In this document: positions 60,752 through 64,000 of the stretch, piece after piece | Position numbering within the stretch: position 1 is the stretch's first letter | Layout of the letters: every line of letters begins with the position of its first letter | DNA from: the human T2T-CHM13v2.0 reference genome, Homo sapiens | NCBI GenBank assembly: GCA_009914755.4 | Contig: CP086569.2 | Location: 5,792,001 to 5,856,000 of the forward strand | Direction: 5' to 3' | Length of the DNA: 64,000 nt | The notes under the pieces: generated by a model | The model's database searches: none | What the model was told of the DNA's origin: nothing | Seen by the model: only the letters and a program-made list of their open reading frames with translations | Program-made: the position numbers and the translations under genes

Positions 60752-61659
60752 CAGGGCAAAATTAGAGCTTTTTCCAAAAAGTAAAGACAAACAGGCAACA
60801 AGCCTGAAAAAAACTATAATATTTTGTGTGGTTGGCTTGAATAAGAAATTGCATTTATTCCCCAGGACAAAAAAAAAAATCAATTACCAACCCTTAGCAT
60901 TCCCTCCCTGAGTTATCATACCTCATCCAATAAGTAAAAAAGATAAACCTTAGTCAGCATAATAAACTACTAGAGTCTCTCCTACTTTCATTGAAATTGG
61001 GACAAAAAAATAACCAGCAGATAATTTTTTGTTTTAAAGTTGATGTATTGCTATATTCTTGTTTTAATTTTTTAATGGTAACAATTTAACTTTTTACTGG
61101 TAAAATCTAATTTGAAAAGATATTTTTAACTGAAAAGCAAGGAAGGTAAATATATTCTGAAAAAATACACTAAGGCAAGAAAAAGTACATTTATATTAAT
61201 GAATAACCAACTTTTCTTCCCCCCAAAAAATGTATAATAAACACCAGTTCAGAATCTTGATTACCCCTGGTGTTAGATGGAGGGTAAGTATGAGGAATAG
61301 GAGAAGAAAGTGATTGCAATTGTGTAGGAGAATAGCAGCTTTCAACTGTTATTATGGAATTTTATTTTCTAAGCTAGTTACTGAGGTGTCATTTAATCAG
61401 TCTTTATAATTTTTAATGTCTTAAATATTTTAGAACAAATCTTTTACATTACATCTAAAGCAGTAGGGCCACAAATAACTTAAAAAGATTGTTTCCCTTT
61501 TCTCTTTCTACCTCTAAGGAAGGTTATGTCAAAACCACAATGCAAAAGCCAATGCATTTCTTATACGTATTGTTTGTAAAAATCACACACAGAATATACT
61601 TTGTCATTTCAGTGGCTATCAATTTATATGCTCAGCGTAGGTTATAAAAAATTAAATCA

Positions 61660-61964
61660 GGCTAGGCGCAGTGGCTCAGGCCTGTAATCCCAGCACTTTG
61701 GGAGGCTGAGGCAGGTGGATCACCTGAGATCAGGAGTTCGAGATCGGCCTAGTCAACATGGCTAAACCCCGTCTCTACTAAAAGTACAAAACTTAGCCGG
61801 GCATGGTGGCAGGTGCCTGTAATCCCAGCTACTCAGGAGGCTGAGGCAGGAGAATCACTTGAACTTGGGGGGTGGAGGTTGTAGTGAGCCAAGATTGCAC
61901 CACTGCACTCCAGCCTAGGTGATAAGAGTGAGACTTCATCTCAATTAAAAAAAAAAAAAAAAAA
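61660..61964 (+). mobile_element. Alu SINE (AluS-like), plus orientation, with intact TSDs
   Basis: ggctaggcgcagtggctcaggcctgtaatcccagcactttgggaggctgaggcaggtggatcacctgagatcaggagttcgagatcggcc ... gtgagacttcatctcaattaaaaaaaaaaaaaaaaa. Direct repeats aaaattaaatca immediately before and after the element. Confidence 0.9.
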
Positions 61965-63907
61965 TTAAATCAATCCTCTTTAGCCTGAAAGTTATTGCTC
62001 TTTTTACTAATGGTTTCAGAGCCTTATATTTCTATGACATTTCCTCTTTTGAGATGAGAAAATTTTAAAATACAAAGATTTTCTGAGAGAACTGTATTAA
62101 AATATGAGAAAGTTTTAATTGAACAGATGTTAAAATTATGGAAGGAATTGCCATCTGCTAGTATGTTTCACGCTCTTGTGAACATGTGAGAAATGCCTGC
62201 CTAACCCATATCTCATTCTTTTAGAAGTAGTTTCTATACCTCCAGCTGAATAAATTGTTCTTACTAGCTTATGCCCATCCTGCCCTTACGCCCCATAATA
62301 TAGTCAGGCCATCAGGATTCTTTTTCTACAACTTAAACTAATCAATTTAGAGATTGACAATCAGAAAATCTTTAAAACAACAAAAATGCAAATACTTAAA
62401 CCATATCCATTGATAGGCAGAAGGGAGATTTACATAGGGAAACAGGAGAAATGAGCAGATGTCAATAATAAACTGAGATAAAAGATCAAGTGGTCCAAAA
62501 AAGGGACAATAGCTAGGTTCCTTACGTATAAATATTCAGATAATACAAAGGCCTATTTTAAAGACATTGGCTAATGTTTTAAGTGATATTGGAAGCAAAT
62601 GAATGAGTTTTAGCAAGGATTTATATATGTAGACTTAGATTTAAAAAAATCACTTCAGCTTATAATGCAAGATGGCTGACTAGACATATTGGATGACAGA
62701 CCTCCCCAGAAAGAAGGTCAAAGTTATTGGTAAATGAACATTTTTCTAATGGAAAACTAAAGGAAGACAGCCAGGACCTGTTACAGTGCCCATGCAAAGA
62801 AGTTAAGGTGCAGAAAAGAAAAGCAGCAAGAGTCTGGTAGAGATAAACCACTGAGGAACTTGGAACTCTGTGGAAAGTGTAGGTAAGAGTGCTCTGCTCC
62901 CATCACTCTGGCAACAATCTGCTATCCAACTGTTGGAAAGCCCCTATGCCCTTCCAACCCCGGGAAATGCTTTCAGTGGTGACTTAGAAACTGCCAGGGG
63001 ACAAAGAATTGGTTAAACAGCTTATGTACATAAGCCTGCACTTCCTGCAGATCTGAACTGAGATGTCAGGTGCCATACTGGTTATGCATCTGTTGTGAGA
63101 CACTATCCAGTCCAGAGAATTTCTTCCTTTAAGTCATCAAACTACTAGATCCCCTGAAAACATACTCCAAAACCTGCTCTGACTTTGGCAAGCACAGGGA
63201 ACCAGTGGATGCCCAGGGAGCTGTGGAACCCCTGGTGATCTAACCTTTGGCATGAGATGCTCCTAAAGAAGTGAGGAGCACAGCCTGTCAAAGCCCCTAT
63301 GAGACAAAAGAAATGTAGGTATGGTGCCAATCACTGAAGCCTGCAGCACTGACAGCTGAGGATTGTTGTGGAGAAGGGGTTATCTCCCACCCCCCACCCA
63401 TCAACTGTTGTGGATGCAGCAGTGTTTCTCCCCAGTGGGGCCAGAGGTTGAGCACCTGGAAAAAGTGCTTATTGTGCTTTTCACAGTTCCTTGCATTTAA
63501 AAGTGAGCCCATGCTGCTTGGGCTTGCATAGAGTGTGGGGCCAAACTCCCCATCCCTGCACAGAGTGCCAGTGGACCAGTAATAGATGACTGACAAACCA
63601 CCCAGTTATCTTCTCTGGAATGGGAAAGAGATTCTGCCTTGAGCACATTTTGATTATAGCTATAAATAATCTATCCACAACCCAGGAACCCATACAAAGT
63701 TTTGGCTCCCTGAAAGGACCCATAAATGAAGCCAAATGGTAATAAACAATGTAAATCACAGTCATAATCTCAAGGGAAAAAATAAAATGTCCTATTCAAG
63801 CAATATCAATTCAAAAATAAAAGTTGACACCTTTAGATGACATTCAGGCAAGAACTCTGGCAGTAAAAAAATCCAGAGTGTCTTAACAACTCCAGAGGGT
63901 TGTGCTA

Positions 63908-64000
63908 TCTTTTTTTTTTTTTTTTTTTTTTGAGACAGAGTTTCACTTTTGTTGCCCAGGCTGGAGTGGAATGGTGCAATGGTGTGATCTCGGCTCACAA
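63908..64000 (-). mobile_element. Alu SINE, minus orientation, truncated by the window end
   Basis: (t)24 gagacagagtttcacttttgttgcccaggctggagtggaatggtgcaatggtgtgatctcggctcac. Confidence 0.85.

Overview
This window is primate genomic DNA, human or a close hominoid, not a microbial locus. The evidence is five Alu SINEs, L1PA-class LINE-1 sequence and a HERV-H/LTR7 provirus. I find no supportable cellular protein-coding gene, rRNA, tRNA or CRISPR array. The window is AT-rich, with no CpG island seen by eye. Almost every long ORF in the six-frame track falls inside a transposable-element remnant or a low-complexity repeat. The window is dominated by nested interspersed repeats. Coordinates are read by eye and are good to a few bp. 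(1) 1..1660 holds a MaLR (THE1/MST-like) element, cut by the window start, with its 3' LTR at 1298-1660. (2) 2504..2587 is a MADE1 MITE. (3) 3601..3968 is an MLT1-like LTR. (4) 4592..16336 is an essentially full-length Tigger1 DNA transposon. It is split by a 9.4-kb full-length older L1 in minus orientation (6539-15911). That L1 carries four further insertions: a 0.78-kb solo LTR, a THE1-type solo LTR, a full-length 2.3-kb THE1-type MaLR element, and a CpG-retaining 0.46-kb LTR-like element. (5) 16552..16864 is a young Alu. (6) 22452..39513 is a full-length old L1 in plus orientation. It hosts a 5.7-kb HERV-H provirus (27199-32879) with LTR7-like LTRs, a His-tRNA PBS and 5-bp TSDs. It also hosts a 5.3-kb L1PA insertion (33557-38838) with a 5' inversion that looks like twin priming. 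(7) 43196-50180 and 56000-59190 are old L1M antisense fragments. Within them are Alus at 43196-43494 and 47342-47612, a ~480-bp complex (TG)n/(TATG,CATA)n microsatellite at 44479-44955, a 224-bp L1 micro-insertion with its own 5' inversion and 14-bp TSDs at 49764-49987, and a MaLR-type solo LTR at 58045-58445. (8) 50183..52200 is a MaLR element whose 3' end is inverted. (9) 61660-61964 and 63908-end are Alus. The rest is unique AT-rich sequence with no recognisable feature (about 16.9-22.4 kb, 39.5-42.8 kb, 52.4-56.0 kb, 59.2-61.6 kb and 62.0-63.9 kb). The most notable object is the HERV-H/LTR7 provirus. It belongs to a class known to act as a stem-cell lncRNA promoter, but expression cannot be judged from sequence alone. 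I see no novel system in the microbial sense.
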